Notes: a model not told the origin generated them from the letters alone. A stretch of DNA of 63,493 bases, filler included, from Octopus bimaculoides (GCF_001194135.2; 8 parts of 6 records of this genome joined end to end with filler, not necessarily neighbours in it), one strand, 5' to 3'; counted from the first letter of the whole stretch, positions 40,647 through 52,759 are shown. Translations and numbers: made by a program.

Positions 40647-40814
40647 GTCGCAGGGGTGGCTATGTGGTAAGAAGCTTGCTTCCCAACCACATGGGCTCAG
40701 TCCGGGTTCAGTCCCACTGCGTGGCACCTTGGACAAGTGTTTTCTACTATAGCCTCGGGTTGACCAAAGCCTTGTTAGTGGATTTGGTAAACGGAAACTG
40801 AAAGAAGTCCGTCG

Positions 40815-40846
<32 letters not shown>

Positions 40847-41062
40847 TGTGTGTGTGTGTGTGTGTGTGTCTGTGTTTGTCCCTCCACCATGGCTTGACAA
40901 CCGATGTTGCTGTGTTTATGTCCCTGTAACTTAGCGGTTCGGCAAAAGTGACCAATAGAATAAGTACTAGGCTTCCAAAGAATAAGTCCTGGGGTCGATT
41001 TGTTCGACTAAAGGCGGTGCTCCAGCATGGCCGCAGACAAATCACTGAAACAAGTAATAGAA
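40647..41062 (+). mobile_element. Near full-length tRNA-derived SINE family A
   Basis: A box TGGCTATGTGG, B box GGTTCAGTCCC, internal (TA)/(TG) tract, tail tgctccagcatggccgcag...ctgaaacaagtaa. Confidence 0.9.
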
Positions 41063-41191
41063 CATGACTGATGCAGCCTTTCTGATATAGGAGAGCCTAA
41101 GGCTAGGGCCAATCAACGAACACCCAGCAATCGAGAATCTCCCCGCCCAGCTAGGGCGCATGTCCTCGCGCAGCTGTTCTTTAATTTACAG

Positions 41192-41352
41192 ACAATACGC
41201 TCGGAATAGGAGCATCCATTCTGGCTATTTTTCACAACACTGCTCGATCTTTTGACAAATTCGTCGAAGGGAGTGAGCGTACTTCCTTCAGAACTTTCAC
41301 CTGTCTTGCAAATGGAACATGGAAAAGTCGATTAGGGCTTGGGAGAAGAAAG
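41192..41352 (+). CDS. Candidate internal exon encoding a sushi/CCP-like C-terminal motif
   Basis: ttctttaatttacAG acceptor and AAG|GTATGA donor; only one frame is open: xNTLGIGASILAIFHNTARSFDKFVEGSERTSFRTFTCLANGTWKSRLGLGRRK. Confidence 0.45.
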
Positions 41353-41410
41353 GTATGATACCTCAATCCTCCCAACCTCGTTCTCCATGTAAACGCTTTC
41401 GCCAAAGGTG

Positions 41411-41500
41411 GAAGAAGAAGAAGAAGAAGAAGAAGAAGAAGAAGAAGAAGAAGAAGAAGAAGAAGAAGAAGAAGAAGAAGAACAACAACAACAACAACAG
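41411..41500. repeat. (AAG)n then (AAC)n microsatellite
   Basis: Direct reading. Confidence 0.97.
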
Positions 41501-41539
41501 CATCAAGAAAAATAACAACAAGAGCAACAAAAGTAATGG

Positions 41540-41725
41540 CTTAAAATTTTGGCAAAAGGCCGGCAAGTTGGAGGGGAGAGGGTAAATCGATTATGCCGAT
41601 CCAGTATTTTACTGGTACTTACTTTATCGACCGCGAAGGATGAAAGGCAAAATCAACCTCGGCGGAATTTGAAACCAGAACGTAAAGACGGACGAAATAC
41701 CGCTAAGCATATCACCTGGCGGAAC
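41540..41725 (-). mobile_element. SINE family B
   Basis: Reverse complement of 42990-43170. Confidence 0.85.
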
Positions 41726-42163
41726 CGACTAGACCCCTCCCCCAAAATGTCGGTCCTTGTGCCCAGAGTAGAAAAGGCTCTACTGGAGCAAACAAGATCG
41801 AGCGCTCTGAGAAGCAAAACAACAGCAACAACAACAATAATAGACAATAAGAAAAGCACGATGCAATTTGTAAGAGATTGTTTAGTTAACAGTTTGAACG
41901 ATATTTCGACCGATCGTCTGCTTTCTTATTTTTCTTTCCTTTTCCTTTTACCAGTTACAAAATTGAAAACTGTTGATGTCATTTTATCCAAGTAGGAACG
42001 CAAGATTTCTTCGTTTGTATTTTTGAATTTCTGCCTTTTTTGCAGTTATTTTCATTTTGCATTTTGAACCTGAAGAAGAGAATCTATCGAAATATCGTTT
42101 AAACCTTTAAATAAACAATCTTACATATCGCATCGCGCTCTTTTTAAGGATAATAATAACAAT

Positions 42164-42230
<67 letters not shown>

Positions 42231-42307
42231 TTCCCCGCCCTAGGTGTACGAAAAGCACTCGGCGAGAAATGTAAGAAAATTTGAAGTAAGAAGAAAAAAA
42301 TTTTTAA

Positions 42308-42358
<51 letters not shown>

Positions 42359-42675
42359 TTCTTTTTACCACAGGTGTATCAGGTGAGGAGGCATTACAAG
42401 GACAGTTTACAATTTGCGTTTGGACTTCCACAAAAGATAGGAAGAAAGAAAGGGGAAAAAGAGTGAAAAGAGATTGTACGTGGACAATTATGAAGTGAAT
42501 TTTAGGGCTTATAAATCTATAAGATTTATAAGGGTAAATACCACGCAAAAATCCCGGGTTAATCTGCCATCCCCAAGGCATAGGAAAGTGTCCACTTCCG
42601 GTTTCTGTCCTTCTGCTTAGAAAAGCAAACTCAGAGTTGGTTCATTTAGTGTCATCAGCCTTGTCACCATCGACC

Positions 42676-42720
<45 letters not shown>

Positions 42721-42925
42721 AATAGTAAAAATAATAATGTCTTTTATTAGCTAGATGAGGGTACAGCTATAGGGGCCTAGATGAGGGAACTATTAGCAGC
42801 ATTTCGTCCGTCTTCACATTCTGAGTTCAAATTCTGCCGTGGTCGACTTTGCCTTTCATCATTTCATCGTCGGTAAATTAAGTACCAGTGAAACATTGGG
42901 GGTCCATCTATTATTATTATTATTA

Positions 42926-42965
<40 letters not shown>

Positions 42966-42966
42966 A

Positions 42967-43180
42967 GGCGCCGAGCTAACAGAATCGTTAGCCCGCCGGA
43001 CGAAATGCTGAGCGGTATTTCGTCTACCGTTGCGTTCTAAGTTCAAATTCCGCCGAGGTCGACTTCACCTTTCATCCTTTCGGTCTCAATAAAATTAGTA
43101 CCAGTTACGCACTGCGGTCGATGTAATCGACTTAATTCCTCCCCCAAAATGTGAGGCCTTGTGCTACCAGCAGAAAGGAT
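42967..43180 (+). mobile_element. SINE family B, near full length (partial copy at 42790-42905)
   Basis: ggcgccgagctaacagaatcgttagc head; B-box-like aagttcaaattcc. Confidence 0.88.
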
Positions 43181-43209
43181 AACTATAATTATTATTATCA
43201 TTATTATTA

Positions 43210-43244
<35 letters not shown>

Positions 43245-44590
43245 TGCTTCAGGAGTGAAATGCATAAATGGTTAAATGCACGAACGAAAAGAGGACATCT
43301 AGTGGTGGATACCCTTATTCAACTTTTGATAGCATTCATGGTTTTCTACGCATTATATTATATGGTTTATGTGATTTTTCGTATTTGTTCAGGGTGTTTG
43401 CAAAGTTGGGGTGGCTGCTGCGGTAGTGTATGGTGGCAGTGGTAGTGGGTGGTGGATTCGGTGGTTGCTACTGGTGTTGGTAGAAGGGGGGAAAGGCGTT
43501 GCTACGGATGCAATTCTCAGTTAACCATGTCGAAATTTCCACTGATGCGAAACGGATTCACAAAACATGGTCGATCCCAGCACCTTTCACCCATCACCCC
43601 CTACCCCTACCGTCGTCNNNNNNNNNNNNNNNNNNNNNNNNNNNNNNNNNNNNNNNNNNNNNNNNNNNNNNNNNNNNNNNNNNNNNNNNNNNNNNNNNNN
43701 NNNNNNNNNNNNNNNNNNNNNNNNNNNNNNNNNNNNNNNNNNNNNNNNNNNNNNNNNNNNNNNNNNNNNNNNNNNNNNNNNNNNNNNNNNNNNNNNNNNN
43801 NNNNNNNNNNNNNNNNNNNNNNNNNNNNNNNNNNNNNNNNNNNNNNNNNNNNNNNNNNNNNNNNNNNNNNNNNNNNNNNNNNNNNNNNNNNNNNNNNNNN
43901 NNNNNNNNNNNNNNNNNNNNNNNNNNNNNNNNNNNNNNNNNNNNNNNNNNNNNNNNNNNNNNNNNNNNNNNNNNNNNNNNNNNNNNNNNNNNNNNNNNNN
44001 NNNNNNNNNNNNNNNNNNNNNNNNNNNNNNNNNNNNNNNNNNNNNNNNNNNNNNNNNNNNNNNNNNNNNNNNNNNNNNNNNNNNNNNNNNNNNNNNNNNN
44101 NNNNNNNNNNNNNNNNNNNNNNNNNNNNNNNNNNNNNNNNNNNNNNNNNNNNNNNNNNNNNNNNNNNNNNNNNNNNNNNNNNNNNNNNNNNNNNNNNNNN
44201 NNNNNNNNNNNNNNNNNNNNNNNNNNNNNNNNNNNNNNNNNNNNNNNNNNNNNNNNNNNNNNNNNNNNNNNNNNNNNNNNNNNNNNNNNNNNNNNNNNNN
44301 NNNNNNNNNNNNNNNNNNNNNNNNNNNNNNNNNNNNNNNNNNNNNNNNNNNNNNNNNNNNNNNNNNNNNNNNNNNNNNNNNNNNNNNNNNNNNNNNNNNN
44401 NNNNNNNNNNNNNNNNNNNNNNNNNNNNNNNNNNNNNNNNNNNNNNNNNNNNNNNNNNNNNNNNNNNNNNNNNNNNNNNNNNNNNNNNNNNNNNNNNNNN
44501 NNNNNNNNNNNNNNNNNNNNNNNNNNNNNNNNNNNNNNNNNNNNNNNNNNNNNNNNNNNNNNNNNNNNNNNNNNNNNNNNNNNNNNNNNN

Positions 44591-44857
44591 TTCTTCTTCT
44601 TCTTCTTCTTCTTCTTTTCTTCTTCTTTTTTCTTCTTCTTCTTCTTCTTCTTCTTTCTTCTTTTTCTTCTTCTTCTTCTTCTTCTTCTTCTTCTTTTTCT
44701 TCTTCTTCTTCTTCTTCTTCTTCTTCTTCTTTTCTTCTTTTTTCTTCTTCTTCTTCTTTTCTTCTTCTTCTTCTTCTTCTTCTTCTTCTTCTTCTTCTTT
44801 TTCTTCTTCTTCTTTTCTTCTTCTTTTTCTTCTTCTTCTTCTTCGTTGTTGTTGTTG

Positions 44858-44912
<55 letters not shown>

Positions 44913-44927
44913 CATCATCATCATCAT
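44591..44927. repeat. Compound (TTC)n-(GTT)n-(ATT)n-(ATC)n array
   Basis: Direct reading. Confidence 0.97.
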
Positions 44928-45388
44928 TGAGCGCGTCTTCTTTTGGAAAAGGTGCGAAGCGCGGAGTGTTGAACTTAACCGTGGAAACCAGGAAGTAGCT
45001 TGACGACGGGCCAAACGATAAGGCGGGCCGCATGGCGAGGGCGGTACTGGCAAGTGACAGAGCAGGTGAAACAGGCGTTCGCTTTGAGCAGTTTGGCGGT
45101 GGCGGGGAGGGTGGCGTCTAGAACGGACAGCCCCACAGCCCATAGCGGACGTTGATAGACACAGACAAACGGACAGACAAGAAGGCTGGCTAGTAGCAGT
45201 CAGACACTGTAGTCAAGGTAGACTTGGCCAAAAAAGGACCCACTTGGCAATATTCTACTTCATTTAAAACCATTAACAGACAAAACGACACCATCTCCTT
45301 CTGCTTCTATAGACAATGTAGTACTTTTTTTTATATATATTATAAATTTTAATTTTTTGAAGTTTTTTTTGTTATATTATTATTATTA

Positions 45389-45438
<50 letters not shown>

Positions 45439-45477
45439 TACTACTATTATCATTATTACTATTGTTGTTGTTGTTGT

Positions 45478-45515
<38 letters not shown>

Positions 45516-46355
45516 TTATTATTAATATTATTATTANNNNNNNNNNNNNNNNNNNNNNNNNNNNNNNNNNNNNNNNNNNNTTAATTAATTAANNNNNNNN
45601 NNNNNNNNNNNNNNNNNNNNNNNNNNNNNNNNNNNNACACACACACACACACACACAAACACGAGGGTGTATATATGAATGTATATATATATGTATATAT
45701 ATACATTCACACACACACACACGCACACATACATATTATTATCCCTCTTCCCTATCATTACTACTATGCATTTGATTTTGATGATTTTAGTTTTACTCCT
45801 ACTTAGTTTTCAGACATATTCTTTGTCTTTATATGCTTAACTCCTATACTACCAAATAAAATTGACACCGATGTAGGCATATGCTTCACATATCTATGGT
45901 TGTGTATATATATCGATATTAATTTATATTTCTCCTATGTTATTTATTTAATTATATTTACACAATTACTTAGCTATTATTTAATCTTTATCTTTATTCT
46001 TTATTTTTATACTTTATTCTTATTTTTATTTTATTTATTTATTTAACTTTATTTTATTTCATTTATTAATTAACTGATTTATTAATTATCTTTAATCCAT
46101 TAGCATTTAATATAGACATGTGCTTGACTGGATATATTATTTTGATAATATATATATTCACATGCATTTGAATTCATATGTTATTTATATATTGATATTT
46201 TGTATATATCTATATTTATTTAAAAGCAGCAGAAATATAACTGCTTTTAAATAAAGCATATTACTCTACCTCTGGTATTTGAGTACTCTTTTTTCCACCT
46301 TGTTGCACATTTCATGTGCTTACTCCGGTATATCTATATTTATATAGATATATAC

Positions 46356-46529
46356 AGGGGCCCACAGCTTTTTAATATTCTCCCAAAGAGCCTGAGGAAT
46401 CTGCACAAAGTAGATGTAGGAGTTTTTAAATCAAAGCTGGACCTCTTCCTATCGAGAGTCCCAGATGAACCTACCTCGCGGCAGGAGGTGCAAATGAGGG
46501 TTGCTAAATCAAACTCCATTCTTCACCAA
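46356..46529 (+). mobile_element. CR1/L2-group LINE, 3' end of ORF2
   Basis: RGPQLFNILPKSLRNL...FKSKLDLFLSRVPDEP...AKSNSILHQ. Confidence 0.8.
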
Positions 46530-46879
46530 NNNNNNNNNNNNNNNNNNNNNNNNNNNNNNNNNNNNNNNNNNNNNNNNNNNNNNNNNNNNNNNNNNNNNNN
46601 NNNNNNNNNNNNNNNNNNNNNNNNNNNNNNNNNNNNNNNNNNNNNNNNNNNNNNNNNNNNNNNNNNNNNNNNNNNNNNNNNNNNNNNNNNNNNNNNNNNN
46701 NNNNNNNNNNNNNNNNNNNNNNNNNNNNNNNNNNNNNNNNNNNNNNNNNNNNNNNNNNNNNNNNNNNNNNNNNNNNNNNNNNNNNNNNNNNNNNNNNNNN
46801 NNNNNNNNNNNNNNNNNNNNNNNNNNNNNTATATATGTATATGTATGTATGTATATATGTATGTATGAATGTATGTATG

Positions 46880-47027
46880 TATTATAACCTTTATTAATAG
46901 GGACATGCATGTATGTGAATCTATATATTTACAGAGATGCATATGCAGAAAAATACTCCCATATAGGCGTCTCTGTAAATATATAGATTCATATACATGC
47001 ATGTCCCTATTAATAAAGGTTATAATA
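46880..47027. repeat. Foldback element with 58-bp arms (MITE-like)
   Basis: Arms 46880-46937 and 46970-47027 are reverse complements with one mismatch. Confidence 0.92.
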
Positions 47028-47589
47028 TATATATACACAAATATAATATAGAATATATTATAATATATAAATATAAATATATAAAGACTATTAATATGTC
47101 ACCGAGTCCGACTTGCCTTCTTAGAACTACCTGATTGACAAAATAACTATTACTATGATATTGAGGTTTGATCCAATCAATTATCATCGAGAGGTCTGAT
47201 TCGATCAATTATATTGCACTAAAATAAACTATTGACATAAGCACTTTGTAAGAAATCAAAATGCATTTTGTTGAACATCACCGAGAAAGCGGACAAGTCT
47301 TATTAAATGAGAAAACAGGAATAGGTCTTCGATTCCAAATTTATACCAAAGTTCCTCAACAGCACCATTTTTCCTTCAATATTTTTTTCTATTTAAAATT
47401 AATTTATATCCTGATATAATATTCTTCGAATAACATAGTTTTCTTTTTCAATTATTCTAGATCCAAGATAAGACTTACTTGCATAATTCTTATCGCCTTA
47501 CAGATGATAACACGTAAGTTGTTAATATTATTTATCCTTCTTTCAGACTGTCTTGCATCGCATTCTATCACGAATGCTTAGCTTTATTT

Positions 47590-48011
47590 GACTGTGAAAC
47601 AACAATTTATTAAATACTCTCCTTTAAATATAGACAACGTAGGAATTTCAACCATGTTTCCTGGTCTACTACCACAACAACTCCTTTATAGGATCCAGTT
47701 AGCTCAGGACATCATCAGGAGGAACTACGTCCGGTTTCGGACCCTACTCCTCTACCGTTTTGACGTGGCGGGGCCCCCCACCCTTTCGGAGGTGTCTTCA
47801 GCTCTGGTGTTGGGTGCATTTCTTCTTTCTTCTATTCCCTGGCCTCTTCGATGCAGCATCAACGAGTGTCAGCGTCCGACTGACTGTCTTGTCAAATTCC
47901 CCTTTTTATACCTGCTGCTAGGCTCCAGCAGGCTACCCCAGCAAGTTGTCACGTGACACTGTCTAAATTTCCCGCTGCTAGGCTCCAGCAAGTAGCCCCA
48001 GCAAGTTGTCA
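47590..48011 (-). mobile_element. Solo LTR or Penelope pLTR-like module
   Basis: On minus: two 38-bp direct repeats, CACGTG, TATAAAAAGG, cagtcagt, CTGAAGA/CTGATGA and GAAAC motifs, AATAAA. Confidence 0.5.
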
Positions 48012-49329
48012 AATCCAAGCAAATGGTTTAGTTGTTAAGGGGAGAAACGAAAAACTAAGTATAGTGGTAAAGGTTAGCTGCCCTGCAGATGTAAGTATTT
48101 TTTCTAAATCATGAAGGAGAGTATTTATGGAAAATTTGTATAGAAACTTGCATCTCCTTTGCTTCGGCTGCAAATTCATTATCTTATCAATAATTCTTAG
48201 TGCACTTCGATATGTTATTACATTTCTAACAATCTGGAAAGTTATGATCTTCAGGCAAGAAAATCACCAGGAAATAGATACTTTACAAATATGAACGGAA
48301 AGTAAAACAACAAAATATTCATGAGTTTTCTGATGATCAATATAAAACATTTGTCCATGGTGAAATATAAATCCCAGCAATGGGCTTCGTTTGTTTGGTG
48401 GGTAATATCTTCTTTTTAGTAATAGTCCCTACGTATATATGCATACATGAATGCATGTATGTATGCCTGCATGCGTATATGTATGTATGTCTTTTTATAC
48501 TTTCAAGAATTCGTTGTCGAAAGAAGGAATTAGTTTCCAAGAATAAAAGTTTTATTGATGCATATTTGTATTGTTTCATTTACAAGTATTATCAGTAATA
48601 CATATTAACCAGTCACTTTGCTGAAAATCCTTACTTTTCTAAATTGTTACTCATTTACTAATATAATCAATTGCACTAAATGTTATTGGTATGAATGACA
48701 ATCTACCGGTATAGGGAAGTTGCACATTACGAAGCAGTTGTATCTTTATGAATTTGGAGGTAGTTTTTTTGTCGGTGAAAAAGGCATGTATTGTTTTCTA
48801 GGATGAAGGTGACCACCTCTAGTATGAAAGTTACTGGGGATCACTACTCATGTATTGTATTACTCGTTGATTTTGGTGGAGATATATACATCTACAGGCC
48901 ACCAAGTGCGTATGGTTATGCAAGATTTTCCTTTCTGTTATGTTTAATCTGGTTAGAAATGTTGATGAGAATGTTCCACCAATATTCCTTGTGCTGATAT
49001 GTATGTATTCAATAGCAGGGGTATTGCTTATATTTTTCCGAAGGCAGTCAACCTTCGGATGATATTGTATATTGTATTCGCAATCAAATCACGGTGCAGA
49101 TAGAGATGGGGGTAGCTACTGAAAAAATGTGTTATGTACTCCACATGACACGTTTGTTCATTATATGCATATGTATGTATGTCAGGTCACTTGTGATGCT
49201 CTCATAAATGCTACTGGTAACATGAAACTCAGTACAACCTGTTGCATGGTCAGGTTATCGGCGACTAATCTGGCACGCCCACCACGCTATCCTGGTGGAG
49301 AGGGTTGCTAGAAACCACGAAGGATTAAA

Positions 49330-49698
49330 AAGAAGACCTGTTCAGAGGTTGGATGAACCTGGTGCATGCTCAACGGCTATGTAGCAATAGCACAGTTACG
49401 CAGAAATTCCGGGATGGTGTCCCGGGGTGCTGAAAGACCACTGGGAGTGAGGCTTTTTTTGAAGCATGTCTCTATGAGAAGGTCATTCTGATATAAAACC
49501 ATATATGCAGGGAATGGCATTGGACAATTTGGGTACCTTTGGTTTGTGCTAGAGATCATAGCACTCCCACATCTCTGAGCCTGCGACTCATATTGGCCCC
49601 TGACATCTTGCTCCGGCTTGTCTCTGGATAATGTCAATAAAGTGGAGAGGATTTATGAGATGTCAAGCAAGCCTTATTGGACCTAAAACTTTGCACAA
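49330..49698 (+). mobile_element. Unclassified interspersed repeat; inverted paralogue at 57025-57370
   Basis: ttggacctaaaactttgcaca vs tgtgcaaagttttaggtccaa; atatgcagggaatggca vs tgccattccctgcatat. Confidence 0.8.
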
Positions 49699-49711
49699 GC
49701 ATTGCTGACCT

Positions 49712-49768
<57 letters not shown>

Positions 49769-50205
49769 NNNNNNNNNNNNNNNNNNNNNNNNNNNNNNNN
49801 NNNNNNNNNNNNNNNNNNNNNNNNNNNNNNNNNNNNNNNNNNNNNNNNNNNNNNNNNNNNNNNNNNNNNNNNNNNNNNNNNNNNNNNNNNNNNNNNNNNN
49901 NNNNNNNNNNNNNNNNNNNNNNNNNNNNNNNNNNNNNNNNNNNNNNNNNNNNNNNNNNNNNNNNNNNNNNNNNNNNNNNNNNNNNNNNNNNNNNNNNNNN
50001 NNNNNNNNNNNNNNNNNNNNNNNNNNNNNNNNNNNNNNNNNNNNNNNNNNNNNNNNNNNNNNNNNNNNNNNNNNNNNNNNNNNNNNNNNNNNNNNNNNNN
50101 NNNNNNNNNNNNNNNNNNNNNNNNNNNNNNNNNNNNNNNNNNNNNNNNNNNNNNNNNNNNNNNNNNNNNNNNNNNNNNNNNNNNNNNNNNNNNNNNNNNN
50201 NNNNN

Positions 50206-50275
<70 letters not shown>

Positions 50276-50674
50276 CGAGCTATACTATTGTTATAGATAT
50301 TTATATATTTATTTCTTTTTAGTATGCTTTTATTTTATTGTTATTCGGAAGTCTTGCGACGATGGGAAAGTGGTGACGTATTCAGACCTGACGAGTTGGA
50401 AGCATGTAGTCAGCGACCAGCACGTAGGAGGCCCACGTTAGATATAAAGTCGTCTCCTTGTCACCCAAGACAGCAGTAGGATTTGGTTGCTGAATGAATG
50501 TCTGAGCAGCTCCATTTGGAGAGGGCACTGCTCACCCGGAGACCGGGGAGGTTCTAGAAAAAGTGAACCAAAAGTTGCTTGTCTTTCTATATCTTCCCAG
50601 TTTGCGCAACTGACGGATGTCCACCTTGCGCTCAAAAAGCAAAGAGATTTTTATTTACAAAATCTGGATGGAAC

Positions 50675-51035
50675 TTGAATATTTTATGTTGGAATGTACG
50701 CACTGTGTTGGATAACAAGAGTGATTGTAGGCCTGAAAGCTGGACTGCACTTGTTACTCGCGAGCTGAAACGTCATAACATTGATATAGTTGCAGTTTCA
50801 GAGACTCGCATAGAAGGTGATGGTCAGTTGATGATGTAGTAAGTGGATACACATTGTTTTGGAAGGGGAGGCAGAGAGGCTGGTGTTGGCTTTGCAGTTC
50901 GATCTGATATCCTTAAGAATCTGCAGGAGCTTCCTGTTCCTATAAATGAATGTCTAATGACTCTACGATTGCACCTGAAAGTTGGGCGGTTTGCTACTCT
51001 AATAAGCGTCTATGCACCTACTTTGACTTGTTTTG
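50675..51035 (+). mobile_element. RTE/BovB-like LINE, APE endonuclease N-terminus
   Basis: LNILCWNVRT...ELKRHNIDIVAVSETR...GYTLFW..AGVGFAV...RLHL...TLISVYAPT. Confidence 0.9.
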
Positions 51036-51770
51036 ATGAACGTGATATGTGTTTCTGTAATACTCTGCATTATGACACATGGCTCTAGTAACACAGGAAT
51101 GGATGGCAGAAAATACTCATGATTTCATAACAGATAAAAGCGTGCTAAAATTTGTACGACTATAATAAATGAATAAATATAGTTTATATTTCTTCCAAAG
51201 TGTGCGCGACACACACACACACACTTAGTATGTCCTTCGATTAACTTTATAGATATATATATATGGAATCCTCCATACATATTGAATTGTTTCCTAGTTC
51301 ATATTTCTAATATTAAAATTCTCAAAATTTCATCGAACGGACAGTCAATTCAATTAATTTTATATATNNNNNNNNNNNNNNNNNNNNNNNNNNNNNNNNN
51401 NNNNNNNNNNNTTAATTAATTAANNNNNNNNNNNNNNNNNNNNNNNNNNNNNNNNNNNNNNNNNNNNTATATATTTGTGTGTATGTATGCATCTATGTAT
51501 AGCTGTATATAAGTATGCTTAGATACACACGGCGTATATTCTTCATAATGCTGAAAGCAGATTATTAGCTGGTACCACCTTTTAAGTTTGTACTATTTTA
51601 AATCATTTTATGCAACAAGTGTTGCATAAAATGTTTAGTCAGCATTTTCTATCAAAGTTAAATTTCCAATTTGCTGCCGAGTTACATTAGTTAACCACCT
51701 ACATACAACAAGTAAGCAGCCAAGTCTAAAATCCATTACAAGAGCGTATATGTTAAGTTTGTAGTAATAT

Positions 51771-51817
<47 letters not shown>

Positions 51818-52759
51818 NNNNNNNNNNNNNNNNNNNNNNNNNNNNNNNNNNNNNNNNNNNNNNNNNNNNNNNNNNNNNNNNNNNNNNNNNNNNNNNNNNN
51901 NNNNNNNNNNNNNNNNNNNNNNNNNNNNNNNNNNNNNNNNNNNNNNNNNNNNNNNNNNNNNNNNNNNNNNNNNNNNNNNNNNNNNNNNNNNNNNNNNNNN
52001 NNNNNNNNNNNNNNNNNNNNNNNNNNNNNNNNNNNNNNNNNNNNNNNNNNNNNNNNNNNNNNNNNNNNNNNNNNNNNNNNNNNNNNNNNNNNNNNNNNNN
52101 NNNNNNNNNNNNNNNNNNNNNNNNNNNNNNNNNNNNNNNNNNNNNNNNNNNNNNNNNNNNNNNNNNNNNNNNNNNNNNNNNNNNNNNNNNNNNNNNNNNN
52201 NNNNNNNNNNNNNNNNNNNNNNNNNNNNNNNNNNNNNNNNNNNNNNNNNNNNNNNNNNNNNNNNNNNNNNNNNNNNNNNNNNNNNNNNNNNNNNNNNNNN
52301 NNNNNNNNNNNNNNNNNNNNNNNNNNNNNNNNNNNNNNNNNNNNNNNNNNNNNNNNNNNNNNNNNNNNNNNNNNNNNNNNNNNNNNNNNNNNNNNNNNNN
52401 NNNNNNNNNNNNNNNNNNNNNNNNNNNNNNNNNNNNNNNNNNNNNNNNNNNNNNNNNNNNNNNNNNNNNNNNNNNNNNNNNNNNNNNNNNNNNNNNNNNN
52501 NNNNNNNNNNNNNNNNNNNNNNNNNNNNNNNNNNNNNNNNNNNNNNNNNNNNNNNNNGCTGAAAAGTTCCTGGCTTTGGGTAAAAGAAAATACAGAAGGA
52601 TCAGCTAATTATAGTTTTATTCAACATATTCCCCTTTCAGATTCGCATACTTATTGTACCGGTCCTTCAGTTTTCTAAACCCTGTAAAAGAACCAGCCCT
52701 TTCGCGATATCCTTATAGTCAGGAACTTTTCAATAAGCTCTCATAGAGAAAGGAAGTTG

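Noticed and set aside
47914-48011. Repeat-spacer-repeat pattern as CRISPR
   Set aside because: Only two units, eukaryotic context, no cas genes; fits LTR enhancer repeats
48801-48997. Acceptor plus ORF MKVTTSS...FGGDIYIYRPPSAYGY
   Set aside because: No homology recognised and only a weak donor
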